A stretch of DNA of 64,000 bases from a virus, in the IMG/VR virus record IMGVR_UViG_3300035659_000004, positions 1 through 64,000 of that record. The stretch is one strand, 5' to 3'. Below the pieces are notes generated by a model. The model was given only the letters and a program-made list of their open reading frames with translations, did no database searches and had not been told where the DNA came from. The number at the start of each line of letters is the position of its first letter. The first letter of the stretch is position 1. Shown here one piece after another: positions 29,691 through 39,369 of the stretch. The translations under genes were made by a program, and so were the position numbers.

Positions 29691-30638
29691 ATGAGCGAAA
29701 GTTATAGTGATCGAACATTCCAAGCATACTATAACGATGTAGGAAAACATGCGGTAATATCCGCCGAAGAAGAACGCCTATATCTAACGCGATATAAAAC
29801 ATGTCCGCAATGTAATAGAAGCCTTCCGAAACTAGTACGACAAGCCTTTTGCCCTACTTGCAAAAAACCAATCACCGAACATGTCCAACCGGGGCGCCCT
29901 ATTGTGTGTACGAAGTGTACGACACGTTTTGATTCGTTTAAACCTCCTTCGTATTGTCCATGGTGTGGAGCTTCTAGGGATTTAGTATCACGCGAAAAAC
30001 TCTTACAAGCGAACCTCCGTTTTGTTGTGAAGATTGCTAAAAAATTCGCTAAGTCCACCTCCTCCATTCAACGTTTAATTTCTGCAGGAAATGTCGGTCT
30101 TGTCTTAGCTATTGACAAATATGAGTTCAAGCATAACACACGTTTTTTAACGTATGCCGCTTGGTGGATTCGAAAAGAAATATGGGATGAATTGCATAAA
30201 TCGAGTCTCGTACATATCCCTTTGCATCGACAGCGAGATAAACAATCATTGCCAGAGTACGACAGTTTTGAAGTGATGGTGGAGCAAGACCTAGCATACC
30301 ATTCCCTTATACCACTAGAAAACACTCCTTCTCAAGCGCTGGTAACGAATGATGACGACATTGTTGAAACCAAGGCGATAGATGCAGATAGTGCGGCGCT
30401 ATTACGTAGGGTAGTAGATAGTTTAGACCTCCGTCCCCGGGACAAATTTATTATTCTCCAACATTATGATGTCGCAGAAGAGACCCGAAGGACGGAGGAG
30501 AAAACGTTGATGCAGATTGCTTCCGCGGCAGGAATTACATCCGAACGCGTGAGACAAATTAGGGATGGGGTTTTAATGAGATTGAAGACGAAACTGCAGA
30601 AGTCTTGCGCGATCTCGGAATTTTCCGAGCTCTATTAG
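29691..30638 (+). CDS. sigma70-family factor with double zinc-ribbon insertion
   Basis: Region 1.2 (FQAYYNDV..ISAEEE), 2.1 ANLRFVVKIAKKF, 2.2 LISAGNVGL..AIDKY, 2.3 RFLTYAAWWIR, 4.2 GITSERVRQI; AGGAGG RBS. Confidence 0.92.
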   Translation: MSESYSDRTFQAYYNDVGKHAVISAEEERLYLTRYKTCPQCNRSLPKLVRQAFCPTCKKPITEHVQPGRPIVCTKCTTRFDSFKPPSYCPWCGASRDLVSREKLLQANLRFVVKIAKKFAKSTSSIQRLISAGNVGLVLAIDKYEFKHNTRFLTYAAWWIRKEIWDELHKSSLVHIPLHRQRDKQSLPEYDSFEVMVEQDLAYHSLIPLENTPSQALVTNDDDIVETKAIDADSAALLRRVVDSLDLRPRDKFIILQHYDVAEETRRTEEKTLMQIASAAGITSERVRQIRDGVLMRLKTKLQKSCAISEFSELY

Positions 30639-31681
30639 TCGATTTGCGCGAGACCCGCGGCCGCTTGAACTCCTTGCATGAAGTAATCGTATTTACCACG
30701 AATGTTTGCGTTGCGCGCGTTGTTTTTCTTTTCCTGATACGTATTCAAGACCGAGCCGATTTGCTTTGCGGATAACGGCTTGATCTGCTTCAGGTAAGAA
30801 GGATCGAGATAGTCGTAGTTCTCTTTCTTAGACGTAACCTTTCGGCCACGCTTTTTCTCCTCCTTCTTTCCCGCCGCCTTATCGGCTTCTTTACGCCGAT
30901 TGATCCACGTATCAACGACGGTCGCTACGGACAGCGCCGTCAGTTTTCCCGTTTTGATTTTGGTTAAAACCTTGTCGAAAAACTTGAGGTCTCGATTGTC
31001 GTCGTAGTTCAAACGACACAGGGCGTGTGCTGCTGTGAAATCGAGTTTGCCCGCGTTAAGCATCTTCTTCGCTTCGTCTGGTAGGCACTCCAGACGTAGA
31101 TGCTGTGCTACCACGTTCTCGCTATGACAGGTGGTAACTGCAATCTGTTTGATAGTTTCTCCCGCATCACGCATATCGCTAAACGTTCTGCAGAGTTCTA
31201 GGGGAGTATGCTCTTCCCGCGCTGTATTTGCGGCGGTGCTGATACGACGTGCTTCCCGCTCGTCACAATCTCGAACAGATACGAGAGCTTCAGCGATTCC
31301 TGCTTCTTTTAGGGCGGCATAACGGCGCCGTCCATCGACGAGTATAGCTTTTCCATCCTCACGCAAACGGACGAGAATGGGGGTTATTTGTCCCTCTGCT
31401 TGAATGGACTGAGCAAGTTTATCGATGTTTTGCAACTTATCCCGATTCCATTTGGAAGAGAGTTCGATGTCCTTGAGCTTCATCTTCATGACCGAGGCAC
31501 CCGGCAGTTCTTTCTTACTTACCACTATTTTCTTCACGGAAGAAAGTGGAAGGGGTGGAACCTCCTTGGGAGTATTTAATGGAGGAATAATTTCGTCCAT
31601 GTCGGCACAAAGGTCACGCACAATCGCGTCTTCTTCCGCACTTTTACTCGATACCACTTTTTCAGTTTCGTCTTGGGTCAT
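30635..31681 (-). CDS. ParB/Srx-family protein
   Basis: LAQSIQAEGQITPILV, LVDGRRRYAAL, N..RE..TPLE, HTH region. Confidence 0.85.
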   Translation of the reverse strand: MTQDETEKVVSSKSAEEDAIVRDLCADMDEIIPPLNTPKEVPPLPLSSVKKIVVSKKELPGASVMKMKLKDIELSSKWNRDKLQNIDKLAQSIQAEGQITPILVRLREDGKAILVDGRRRYAALKEAGIAEALVSVRDCDEREARRISTAANTAREEHTPLELCRTFSDMRDAGETIKQIAVTTCHSENVVAQHLRLECLPDEAKKMLNAGKLDFTAAHALCRLNYDDNRDLKFFDKVLTKIKTGKLTALSVATVVDTWINRRKEADKAAGKKEEKKRGRKVTSKKENYDYLDPSYLKQIKPLSAKQIGSVLNTYQEKKNNARNANIRGKYDYFMQGVQAAAGLAQID

Positions 31682-31947
31682 TCGATTTCTCCTGCTTCTT
31701 TGAGCTCACGTAACACGGCATCTTTATCGACCAACCGGAGGTCTATATGCCGCATGGGGGTTCCTTCGAGGATCGCACCTACAGCGTGAAAGAGTTCTAC
31801 CGCTAAGGGAATAAGGCTATGGTCACTGTTATAAACGACCATATACAGTGCCCGAATTTTTCGAATAGCTTCGCGGTCAGTCCCGCGGAATCTCTTCGAA
31901 TGGAGCGCTACCGTGTTCTGGACAGCGCGGGGTTGGGCCTTCGGCAT
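31678..31947 (-). CDS. Hypothetical protein
   Basis: GAGGTG RBS before ATG 31947; ATGA-coupled to the ParB gene; start uncertain. Confidence 0.5.
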   Translation of the reverse strand: MPKAQPRAVQNTVALHSKRFRGTDREAIRKIRALYMVVYNSDHSLIPLAVELFHAVGAILEGTPMRHIDLRLVDKDAVLRELKEAGEIE

Positions 31948-32044
31948 CCAGCACCTCTTTTCCACAAATGGGGCAACACAGTGCTCCGCCTTTGGCGTAC
32001 TTACGTAGTCCCTCAATGAACTCTTCTACGCCGTACTTTTCCAT
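31877..32044 (-). CDS. 55-aa zinc-finger protein (absent from ORF track)
   Basis: TAATG-coupled; MEKYGVEEFIEGLRKYAKGGALCCPICGKEVLDAEGPTPRCPEHGSAPFEEIPRD (CxxC...CxxH). Confidence 0.7.
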   Translation of the reverse strand: MEKYGVEEFIEGLRKYAKGGALCCPICGKEVLDAEGPTPRCPEHGSAPFEEIPRD

Positions 32045-32496
32045 TAGGCGTTTAGCGCTTCTTCCATCGCTTCTCCAGGGGTAAGGGAAGAGATGGGGGT
32101 ATCGGTGCTCTTATGTTCCGTAGCCACCTTCTTCGTCCGGGGCTTGCGAACCTTGGGTTCAGCGTCTTCGTCCTTGAGGTTGAAGATGTCGACTACCAGG
32201 TCAGCTACACGGGCGACGCAGCCGCGGCGTTTTCCTTCGCCGGCTTCCTTGGAGCACAGGTCGTACATGACCTTGTAGTCGTACTTCTTGGTCTCGAGGT
32301 TGAGGGTCGCGACGATGACTTGTGGCGGCTCATCGATATCCGCGAGGCCACTAATGACTTCATCCAAATAGGCCAGTGACGTCTTACGCGCTTGTACCTG
32401 GTCCATCAGTTTTTGCGCGTCCTCGAGGGTTCCGATGGTCTCTTCGGCCTTGCCACAACGTCCGCAATTCTTTGTGATTTTCAACTGTGCGACCAA
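32044..32496 (-). CDS. Hypothetical protein
   Basis: 150 aa; CGRCG; GAGGT RBS before TTG. Confidence 0.65.
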   Translation of the reverse strand: MVAQLKITKNCGRCGKAEETIGTLEDAQKLMDQVQARKTSLAYLDEVISGLADIDEPPQVIVATLNLETKKYDYKVMYDLCSKEAGEGKRRGCVARVADLVVDIFNLKDEDAEPKVRKPRTKKVATEHKSTDTPISSLTPGEAMEEALNA

Positions 32497-32500
32497 TTTT

Positions 32501-33634
32501 TTACCTCTTCAATCTTTCGAGTGTTTTAGGGCCAGCGATCCCATCTGCTACTAGATGCTCTGAGTTGTTGTCATTCCATCTCTTTTGAAAACGGACTACA
32601 GCCTCCTTGGTTTTGGCGCCATACACGCCGTCTACTTTTAGGTCATACCCTCGGTTCACGAGCAGACGTTGAATCTCCTCGATGGCAGGCAAAAGAGTGG
32701 CGCTCGTCTCTTTGTCGGGTTCGGTTTCGAGGCCGTACTCGGGGCTCTCGACACAGGAGTCATGAAGATGATCGTCGGGTTCCTCGACGCAGACATGTTC
32801 GTTAGATGGGAGGTAGACACTCTCCAGTGCGAACTGGTACGCCCCGAGTTCGTCTAGGGGATAGTTTTCGAAGATCGCGGCGTTGGCATCGTCGAAGGGC
32901 CAGAGTGGACCCATATCGAATTTACCCTCTTGCCATTGCGAGTGCTGAGACATGCGCGCAGGAGAAAGGAAAAGGTCTGCGGTGGCCCAGCGGATGACGC
33001 GTTTGAGCTTGATGTTGTTTGTGACTTGGTCGGCGGTGAAAGGTTGGAAAAATTTAGCGCCTTTATAGGCCGGAGATACAGGTTGGGGTGGGAGTTCTTT
33101 TACCAATTTAGCCGGTAGATTTTTCCCATTCCACATCACCCAGTCTTCCCCAACGCTGCGGATGGGGCCGGCGTTCACCATCTCCACGCTCCAGCTATCC
33201 GCATTCCGAGCGGGAGCATGCCAGGCGCCGTGTGTCAGAGGAACGATATAGTAGGGGTCCGTGTGATATCCGATGACGAAATGGGTCGAGGCGCGTCCTT
33301 TGGACAACGCTCCAAACCAGTTGAGTGTGGAGATATGGGAGATCCCCGCGGTAAAATGGTCAACCCACCATAGGGAGGATTTGTTGAGCAACCTATTTGG
33401 GCTGCACTTCGTTGTCGGGTACAGAGTTTTCGCTGTCTTTCCAAAAGCTTGCAGGATGCGTGCGTGGGAATCAATGAACAGCGCGTTCAGGCAAGCGCAA
33501 GCATCAGTCTTCGAAAGCGTTGCAGTCTCAGACGCCTTCCAAAAATCCGTGAAGGTCTTCTTCGAAGCTTTCGCTTCGCTCTCAACCATGTCCCAAAATT
33601 TCTTGTCCTTCGTATAATCGAGCAGACCATCCAT
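32501..33634 (-). CDS. N-acetylmuramoyl-L-alanine amidase with PG-binding domain (endolysin)
   Basis: DHFTAG, ASTHFVI, AWHA..N..SVEM, QHS..K.D.G (Amidase_2); IQRLL..G...VDGVYGAKT..AV..FQ..DGIAGPKT; likely ATG 33634. Confidence 0.88.
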   Translation of the reverse strand: MDGLLDYTKDKKFWDMVESEAKASKKTFTDFWKASETATLSKTDACACLNALFIDSHARILQAFGKTAKTLYPTTKCSPNRLLNKSSLWWVDHFTAGISHISTLNWFGALSKGRASTHFVIGYHTDPYYIVPLTHGAWHAPARNADSWSVEMVNAGPIRSVGEDWVMWNGKNLPAKLVKELPPQPVSPAYKGAKFFQPFTADQVTNNIKLKRVIRWATADLFLSPARMSQHSQWQEGKFDMGPLWPFDDANAAIFENYPLDELGAYQFALESVYLPSNEHVCVEEPDDHLHDSCVESPEYGLETEPDKETSATLLPAIEEIQRLLVNRGYDLKVDGVYGAKTKEAVVRFQKRWNDNNSEHLVADGIAGPKTLERLKR

Positions 33635-33638
33635 CCCG

Positions 33639-34514
33639 TCACCTCTTTCCACGACATCGGGCGTAGTAGCCACAGTAGGTAGGCGAGCAGTGCCACCCGG
33701 TTGGAGCACAACGCGGAAAAATCCCGGCTTTGATATTTCTCGAGACCTCCGCGACATCTTCCAAAAGTACCATCTTTTCCTGCCGGCCGCGCTTGCTCGT
33801 TATCGGGGTATATTTTATTCCCGTTTTTTGCGCCGCGAGAAAATCGATTCTAACGCGGTCGGTGTTTTCTGCAATAGCATAAAACGTTAATTGTGGCTCA
33901 TTATCAATTCTCGAAGACGCCCAGAGCTTTTTTACCGTTTTAAGATCGCTCACGACTTCGACCATTTGAGGGTTTTCCGGGTCGTTCTCCAGACTCATGT
34001 CTGGATTTTTCACTGAATCAACCAGGTCGATAATGCCCAAAACAGGAACTCCACACAACTCGCGCGTCCACTTGAACGTATGTTCCACTCGTACTGGATG
34101 AATGTACGGAACAGCGTCCCTGTAATATACCTTAAACATACGGATTGATTGGTCTTTGGCGTCCCCTTGAGTCTCCTCTTTCCACTCTTCAATCTCGGGT
34201 GCTTGCGCGTCGAACTTGTCCGAGACCGCGGAGACGCCCTCGTCGATAGACGCGGGAGCTCCATGTTGGATGGTATGCCGATGCGTGATTTCCGCGCCCT
34301 TGTGGACGGCAGTCCCTCGAATCTGGGCAATGCCTGGGGGCCGCACGAGCTGAACGATATACGCGTACTCATATTGTCGCGGACACCGTTGGTACATGTT
34401 GAATTGGGAAGGCGATAGATACCCGCGCGGGAGCTCGGGGTCTATCCAGTCTTTGTCTTCTTCAGGTGCTATTGGGGGTGCTTCTTCTTTGTCGTCGAGT
34501 TCGTCACTCATCAT
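33639..34514 (-). CDS. Second PD-(D/E)xK Cas4-like nuclease
   Basis: LSPSQ...CPRQY, GTAVH, GIIDLV, SDLKT, QL.FY, C-terminal Cys cluster. Confidence 0.87.
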   Translation of the reverse strand: MMSDELDDKEEAPPIAPEEDKDWIDPELPRGYLSPSQFNMYQRCPRQYEYAYIVQLVRPPGIAQIRGTAVHKGAEITHRHTIQHGAPASIDEGVSAVSDKFDAQAPEIEEWKEETQGDAKDQSIRMFKVYYRDAVPYIHPVRVEHTFKWTRELCGVPVLGIIDLVDSVKNPDMSLENDPENPQMVEVVSDLKTVKKLWASSRIDNEPQLTFYAIAENTDRVRIDFLAAQKTGIKYTPITSKRGRQEKMVLLEDVAEVSRNIKAGIFPRCAPTGWHCSPTYCGYYARCRGKR

Positions 34515-34908
34515 TTTTTCCTCTCACGTAGATAATGGGTTCGCCCGCAGGCAATGTGGACTCGGCCCCCATCCGTTTACGGGTCACGATATCTCCTTCG
34601 TGGTTGTACTCATACACGACACCTTCGAGACGGAGACTCTCATTTAGCAAGTTGGACAATTCCTCGGGGGTGGTTTCGGGTGCAGTTGGCGGGATGGGAG
34701 GAGCAAGAGGCATCGGGGCGAGTGTTGCTCCGCGGACTGGAGGGGTATAAACAGGGAACATGCTGGAAGGTTTCTGTATCCCCAAAAGGTCCAGATTCGT
34801 TTCGATTACTATTTTCCCTTCAGGAATGAAGGTCACGCGGGTGACCTCTGTGTTCAGTGCTTTGGACAGTAGTTGGGATAATTCGTCAAAGGTTACTAGG
34901 ACTTCCAT
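34504..34908 (-). CDS. Hypothetical protein
   Basis: GAGGTG RBS before ATG 34908; Pro-rich linker. Confidence 0.6.
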   Translation of the reverse strand: MEVLVTFDELSQLLSKALNTEVTRVTFIPEGKIVIETNLDLLGIQKPSSMFPVYTPPVRGATLAPMPLAPPIPPTAPETTPEELSNLLNESLRLEGVVYEYNHEGDIVTRKRMGAESTLPAGEPIIYVRGKNDE

Positions 34909-36938
34909 CGTACAATCACCTCTGGTTCGACAGTCTTCCGACTGATTTTGGAGGAATAGACGCAACCCACGGACCACGGAATAATCTTCGCTTTCAAACA
35001 CGCGGCGTAGCGTTCACAGAGGATGCAGTTCACTTTTTCCGTGAGCACTCGGGCAATATCCTCTCGGTTATCCAGCGCAATGAGCTGCTGGATTTCTACG
35101 CTTTGCTTTGCACACAGCCGGTATACAACCGTTTTTCGGGTTTGGCCTATTCGATATTCACGAGCTCGAGATTGTAGCCAATGTTCGAGCGACCAAGAAC
35201 GACTGTAATACACGGCGTAACGGGAAGAAACAAGATTGATGGCGATGCCTGTAGATTCTTGTCCGAGGTACACGCGGCAATTTGGATCGGTATTAAATCT
35301 TTCGGCGAGCGCTTTGATATTGTGGGTGGAACGCCCATCCACGCGCACAAAGATGGTCTTTTCTTTATCTAAAAGTTCAGCAATATCATCCATCTCTGCC
35401 ACTAAGTTAGCCCAGATGACGACCTTCTCTTCAGGATTATCGAGGAGGTCTTCGAGTAGGTCTTTTAACGCATCGAGCTTGGGATTATGCGCATAACGTA
35501 GCGTGTGGGTCGTAACAAGATTTTTCGTTTCATCGAAACGCATACATCGTTGCGTTCCAGGCTTTATCTCATTCACGACACAAGTGATAACACGTGGACA
35601 TGTATCGCAAATCTGTCCGGCCTTATCATCTTTTGCATACAGAAAACCGCTGCAGATTTGGAGAAGTTTATTTAAACGAACTCCTCCGCTGAGGTTTTTT
35701 ATTACTAGCTGTTCTCCAAAATCTAATTCAACATATTTAATAATGGAATTGTAGTCTTTGAGTTGTTCCGTGGTTAAGTCGAATAAGATATCGACATCGC
35801 TTAGTTCCGGAAGATCCACGCAGTCATCGATATGTTTTTCACTCGAGATGCTGTTAATGCGCTGGCTAACGACATTTAGATTTTTATACCCTACGATAAT
35901 ATGTTCATTGTACTTAGAAATCACGCAGAACTTTTTGCGATAGCTCATGTAGTCTTCAGGGCACATGTACTTGGCCAGGGCATTCATCTGCGGGTATAAA
36001 TCTAAAGGATTACCCATGCTAATAGTGCCGGTGAGTAGATAACGTCGCGTGGCTCGTTTGCAGAGCTCCACGACCGCCTTCGTCCGTTGACTACGGATGC
36101 ATTTGATTCTATGTGACTCATCTAGAATAATGATTTCATAGGGAAAATCTGTTAGGCATAGGTCTTTTGGAAAAGCTGCAACACGTTTCTTAATTTCAGA
36201 AAGAGATACCATGCCACGATAATCAGAGAGAATTGCAAGAGCATCTTTTTCAGTGAGGCCCAGCATACTTTTCTGGAGGACTAGGGGGATGGGGAACTTA
36301 CTTGTTTTTACTGCTTTCGTTACTTTTGGAGACAGCGTCCTGTTTCCGTAAAGGCGTGCAGCATCGTACGTAGCTAAAAGGATATCGTAATCTTTTTCGA
36401 TACTTAGTTGGAGAGCTTTGAGTTTATTTTGTCGTGTTGTTCCTTTTAAAACTGCGGTATAGAGGGTACCGTTTGAGTGTAGTGCAATCTCATCCACCCA
36501 GTTGTCGATGGCTATGAGCGGCGCAATGATGAGGGCCTTTTGTTTTAATTTTGTTAGGGCCTCAACGACCACCTTTGTTTTGCCCGTGCCCATCTCCCAG
36601 CGTAACGCCCATCGATAGTTATACAGGAGTTCCGCTACGCCTTCGTCTTGATGCGCGTAGTTTGGATAGGGTCCTAGCGAGGAGGTCTTTTTCACCTCTT
36701 CTAAAAGCACGGAATACGGAAGTACCCGGTCGATATGCACCTGAGCAGATTCGTCGTGTTCGATTTCTAGTGCTTGAAAATCATTGAGAACTTTTTCAAT
36801 GAAGGGGGGATAGGCTGGATACATCCAAGCATTGTAGTTTTTGAGGTATGTTCCTCCGAAGATGCGGGATAAGACGGGGTCCTCATCCTTAACGATAAAT
36901 ACAGGGGTTCCGGCAGAGAGCGCGAACGAAGCTTTCAT
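34896..36938 (-). CDS. SNF2-family helicase
   Basis: EMGTGKT, LDESHRIK, LLTGT, QSRAREYRIGQ. Confidence 0.92.
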   Translation of the reverse strand: MKASFALSAGTPVFIVKDEDPVLSRIFGGTYLKNYNAWMYPAYPPFIEKVLNDFQALEIEHDESAQVHIDRVLPYSVLLEEVKKTSSLGPYPNYAHQDEGVAELLYNYRWALRWEMGTGKTKVVVEALTKLKQKALIIAPLIAIDNWVDEIALHSNGTLYTAVLKGTTRQNKLKALQLSIEKDYDILLATYDAARLYGNRTLSPKVTKAVKTSKFPIPLVLQKSMLGLTEKDALAILSDYRGMVSLSEIKKRVAAFPKDLCLTDFPYEIIILDESHRIKCIRSQRTKAVVELCKRATRRYLLTGTISMGNPLDLYPQMNALAKYMCPEDYMSYRKKFCVISKYNEHIIVGYKNLNVVSQRINSISSEKHIDDCVDLPELSDVDILFDLTTEQLKDYNSIIKYVELDFGEQLVIKNLSGGVRLNKLLQICSGFLYAKDDKAGQICDTCPRVITCVVNEIKPGTQRCMRFDETKNLVTTHTLRYAHNPKLDALKDLLEDLLDNPEEKVVIWANLVAEMDDIAELLDKEKTIFVRVDGRSTHNIKALAERFNTDPNCRVYLGQESTGIAINLVSSRYAVYYSRSWSLEHWLQSRAREYRIGQTRKTVVYRLCAKQSVEIQQLIALDNREDIARVLTEKVNCILCERYAACLKAKIIPWSVGCVYSSKISRKTVEPEVIVRWKS

Positions 36939-36998
36939 TTGGGGTCTCCTTACGATAGAATTTGAACAGTCTCGCGAACGAAAAAAGAAAGTTGAATC

Positions 36999-38738
36999 AT
37001 GACAACGACTTCCGAAACGACGTTAATGTCCACGGGTGGACTCGGGCACTCTAACCCGTATTTCACCTATAGTCAGCTCTTTGCGCCAAAGCGGTTAAAA
37101 GAACTTTTTAAAATGTGTGAGTACCTGTTTTATAACAGCCCACACATCTTCGCGGCGCTTCGGAAGTTTGGGGAATATCCGATAACAGAGATTACGTATG
37201 ATACGGATAATGCTCAGTTAAAAGAGAAACAGAAGAGCCTTATGGAGAAAGTAATTCGCGCAAAAGAATTCCTTCTGAAGGCGACGCTGGATAAGTATAT
37301 TTATGGAAATTCCTTCACTTCTATGTACCAACCGTTTGTCCGGTATTTGACTTGTCCCAAGTGTCGCGCCGCGACCAACATCAAGCACGTCGACTACTCT
37401 TTCACGCTGCAGACATTAACCTTTGCTTTTAAATGCACGTCCTGTAGCAACCCGGTAACGGTGGGAGAGAAAAACGTGGAGGACCGAAAGTTGATGCTCA
37501 CCAAGGACATCAACTTCATTAGGTGGGACCCGAAGTGCATCGATATCGAGCACAACGTTTTCACTGGGGAATCCATTTACTACTATACGATCCCCGCGGA
37601 CACCGCGGCGCAGGTTCGACGAGGGCAAAAGCACATCATCGATACGACTCCCTGGGGTTTCCTGCAGGCCATCAAGGAGCACAAGCCCTTCAAGTTCGCG
37701 CCCGAGGCCATCTTCCATATGAAGTTCTGCGCGCCGGCAGGTGTGAATCCTCAGTGGGGCCTTCCTCCGTTGCTGCCGGCGTTGGACCGCTTCTTCTACA
37801 CGCAAATTCTGCGGAAAGCGAATGAGGCCATCGCCCTCGAGCACCTCGTACCTTTCCGCATCGTATCCCCCGCTGCTTCTTCAAATAGCGGAGACCCTAT
37901 TCAGTCTATCAACCTCGCGCGGTGGATAGAAAACATGAAGAAGAACGTGCAGGATTGGAGAAACGACCCCCTGCACATCATGTACGCGCCTGTCCCGGTA
38001 GCCGTCTCGCAGCTCAACGGACAGGGGCGAGCTCTGCTGACGCTAGGGGAAGTGCAGGAAGCGGAGAAGTCCCTCGTTGCGGCCCTCGGTATTCCCCTGG
38101 AGTTCCTCTACGGCGGACTCACGGGGCAGGGCATGAGCGCGACCCTACGCATGATTGAGAACCAGCTCGCGACGCACGTCAGCGACCTCACAGACCTTCT
38201 TCAGTGGATGAACGACTCCTGCAGCAAGTTCTTGGGTTGGGAATCCGTACAGGTGGGGTTGATTCCTTTCCGAATGGTGGACGACACGGAGAAGAAGACG
38301 ATGCTCCTGCAGCTCTGGCAAGCTGGTTTGCAAGGGATGGGTCCGCAGACTATCTCGACAACGACGATGGCGGAAATCAACGACATCGATGTTCAGAAGG
38401 AATACGGACGTATCAAAGAAGAGACGATACAAAACGCGCGCAGAGGCCAAGAGCTGCAGCGTGAGATGAGCAAGATGCAGAATACGATGGCTCAGGAAGT
38501 GCAGCAACAGGCCGGAGCAGCAGGTCCACAGGGCTATGACCAGCAGCAAATCATCGCGCAAGCAGACCAGTTGGCTCAGCAGTTTTCACAGATGGACCCC
38601 TCGACACGACGAAGTCAATTGCATCAGCTGCAGACCGAGGACCTTGTGATGTATTCGGTCGTGATTCAGCGGCTTGAACAGCAGCAGACGGTTACGCGGC
38701 AGCAGGCGACTATTCAGACACAAGGGGGTATGGGATGA
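36999..38738 (+). CDS. Portal protein (putative)
   Basis: 579 aa; D.YIYGNSF, IFHMK...WGLPPL.PAL, LGIP..FL.G portal-like pattern; CxxC insertion; Q-rich tail; heads the head cluster. Confidence 0.6.
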   Translation: MTTTSETTLMSTGGLGHSNPYFTYSQLFAPKRLKELFKMCEYLFYNSPHIFAALRKFGEYPITEITYDTDNAQLKEKQKSLMEKVIRAKEFLLKATLDKYIYGNSFTSMYQPFVRYLTCPKCRAATNIKHVDYSFTLQTLTFAFKCTSCSNPVTVGEKNVEDRKLMLTKDINFIRWDPKCIDIEHNVFTGESIYYYTIPADTAAQVRRGQKHIIDTTPWGFLQAIKEHKPFKFAPEAIFHMKFCAPAGVNPQWGLPPLLPALDRFFYTQILRKANEAIALEHLVPFRIVSPAASSNSGDPIQSINLARWIENMKKNVQDWRNDPLHIMYAPVPVAVSQLNGQGRALLTLGEVQEAEKSLVAALGIPLEFLYGGLTGQGMSATLRMIENQLATHVSDLTDLLQWMNDSCSKFLGWESVQVGLIPFRMVDDTEKKTMLLQLWQAGLQGMGPQTISTTTMAEINDIDVQKEYGRIKEETIQNARRGQELQREMSKMQNTMAQEVQQQAGAAGPQGYDQQQIIAQADQLAQQFSQMDPSTRRSQLHQLQTEDLVMYSVVIQRLEQQQTVTRQQATIQTQGGMG

Positions 38739-39289
38739 AAAGTTTCGTAGATGCCATCAATGAATCTCGTGCAAGTGCCATCGAGGACCCGGTTGCTCCG
38801 CTGGATAACATCGCAATGTTCATGCCCGAGCCCAAACATCCCTTAAAAGGGAAGCCGACGAACTTCGGTCAGAGTTTGAATTGCTCAGGACACTCACGGG
38901 TCTTCGTGCTGTGGAGACCCTGGAGCCAATGTCACCGTTGCATCAAGGGTATCGAGCATGGAGACTACGTGCTTCCAGACGAAGGAGACCACGAATGCCC
39001 GCATACGATGCGCACGGATTATGAAGCGACCCTGAATCAAGGTCTTCGAGGCGATATCCTTTTTCAGACGCAGGAATATTTCACGCTGCACGACGGGACG
39101 CGCTGCTGCCATATGGTGTGGTTGACTCCCGACCTTACAGCATCTGCGAAGGCCGCCAAACGACAAGAAGTAGCCGATATCTTTTCCCCTATGCACTCTT
39201 CTATCATCGCGGAACAAAAAGCGGAGGAAGAGGAAGAAGCAAAAAAAGAAGCCCTGGAGGCCTCTAATGAGAATCTGGACACGGATTGA
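38735..39289 (+). CDS. Hypothetical Cys/His protein
   Basis: 184 aa, ATGA-coupled to portal; CHRC, CPH. Confidence 0.65.
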   Translation: MKSFVDAINESRASAIEDPVAPLDNIAMFMPEPKHPLKGKPTNFGQSLNCSGHSRVFVLWRPWSQCHRCIKGIEHGDYVLPDEGDHECPHTMRTDYEATLNQGLRGDILFQTQEYFTLHDGTRCCHMVWLTPDLTASAKAAKRQEVADIFSPMHSSIIAEQKAEEEEEAKKEALEASNENLDTD

Positions 39290-39309
39290 CTCTGCCTCCA
39301 GGGCCGAGC

Positions 39310-39369
39310 TTATTTACGCAACACAGCTAGAAGCAGTGCTGCTAGAATCAATCCGGGTTGGATGACCAT
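39310..39369 (-). CDS. 19-aa hydrophobic peptide (type I toxin-like)
   Basis: AGGAGGT-8 nt-ATG; MVIQPGLILAALLLAVLRK*. Confidence 0.5.
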   Translation of the reverse strand: MVIQPGLILAALLLAVLRK

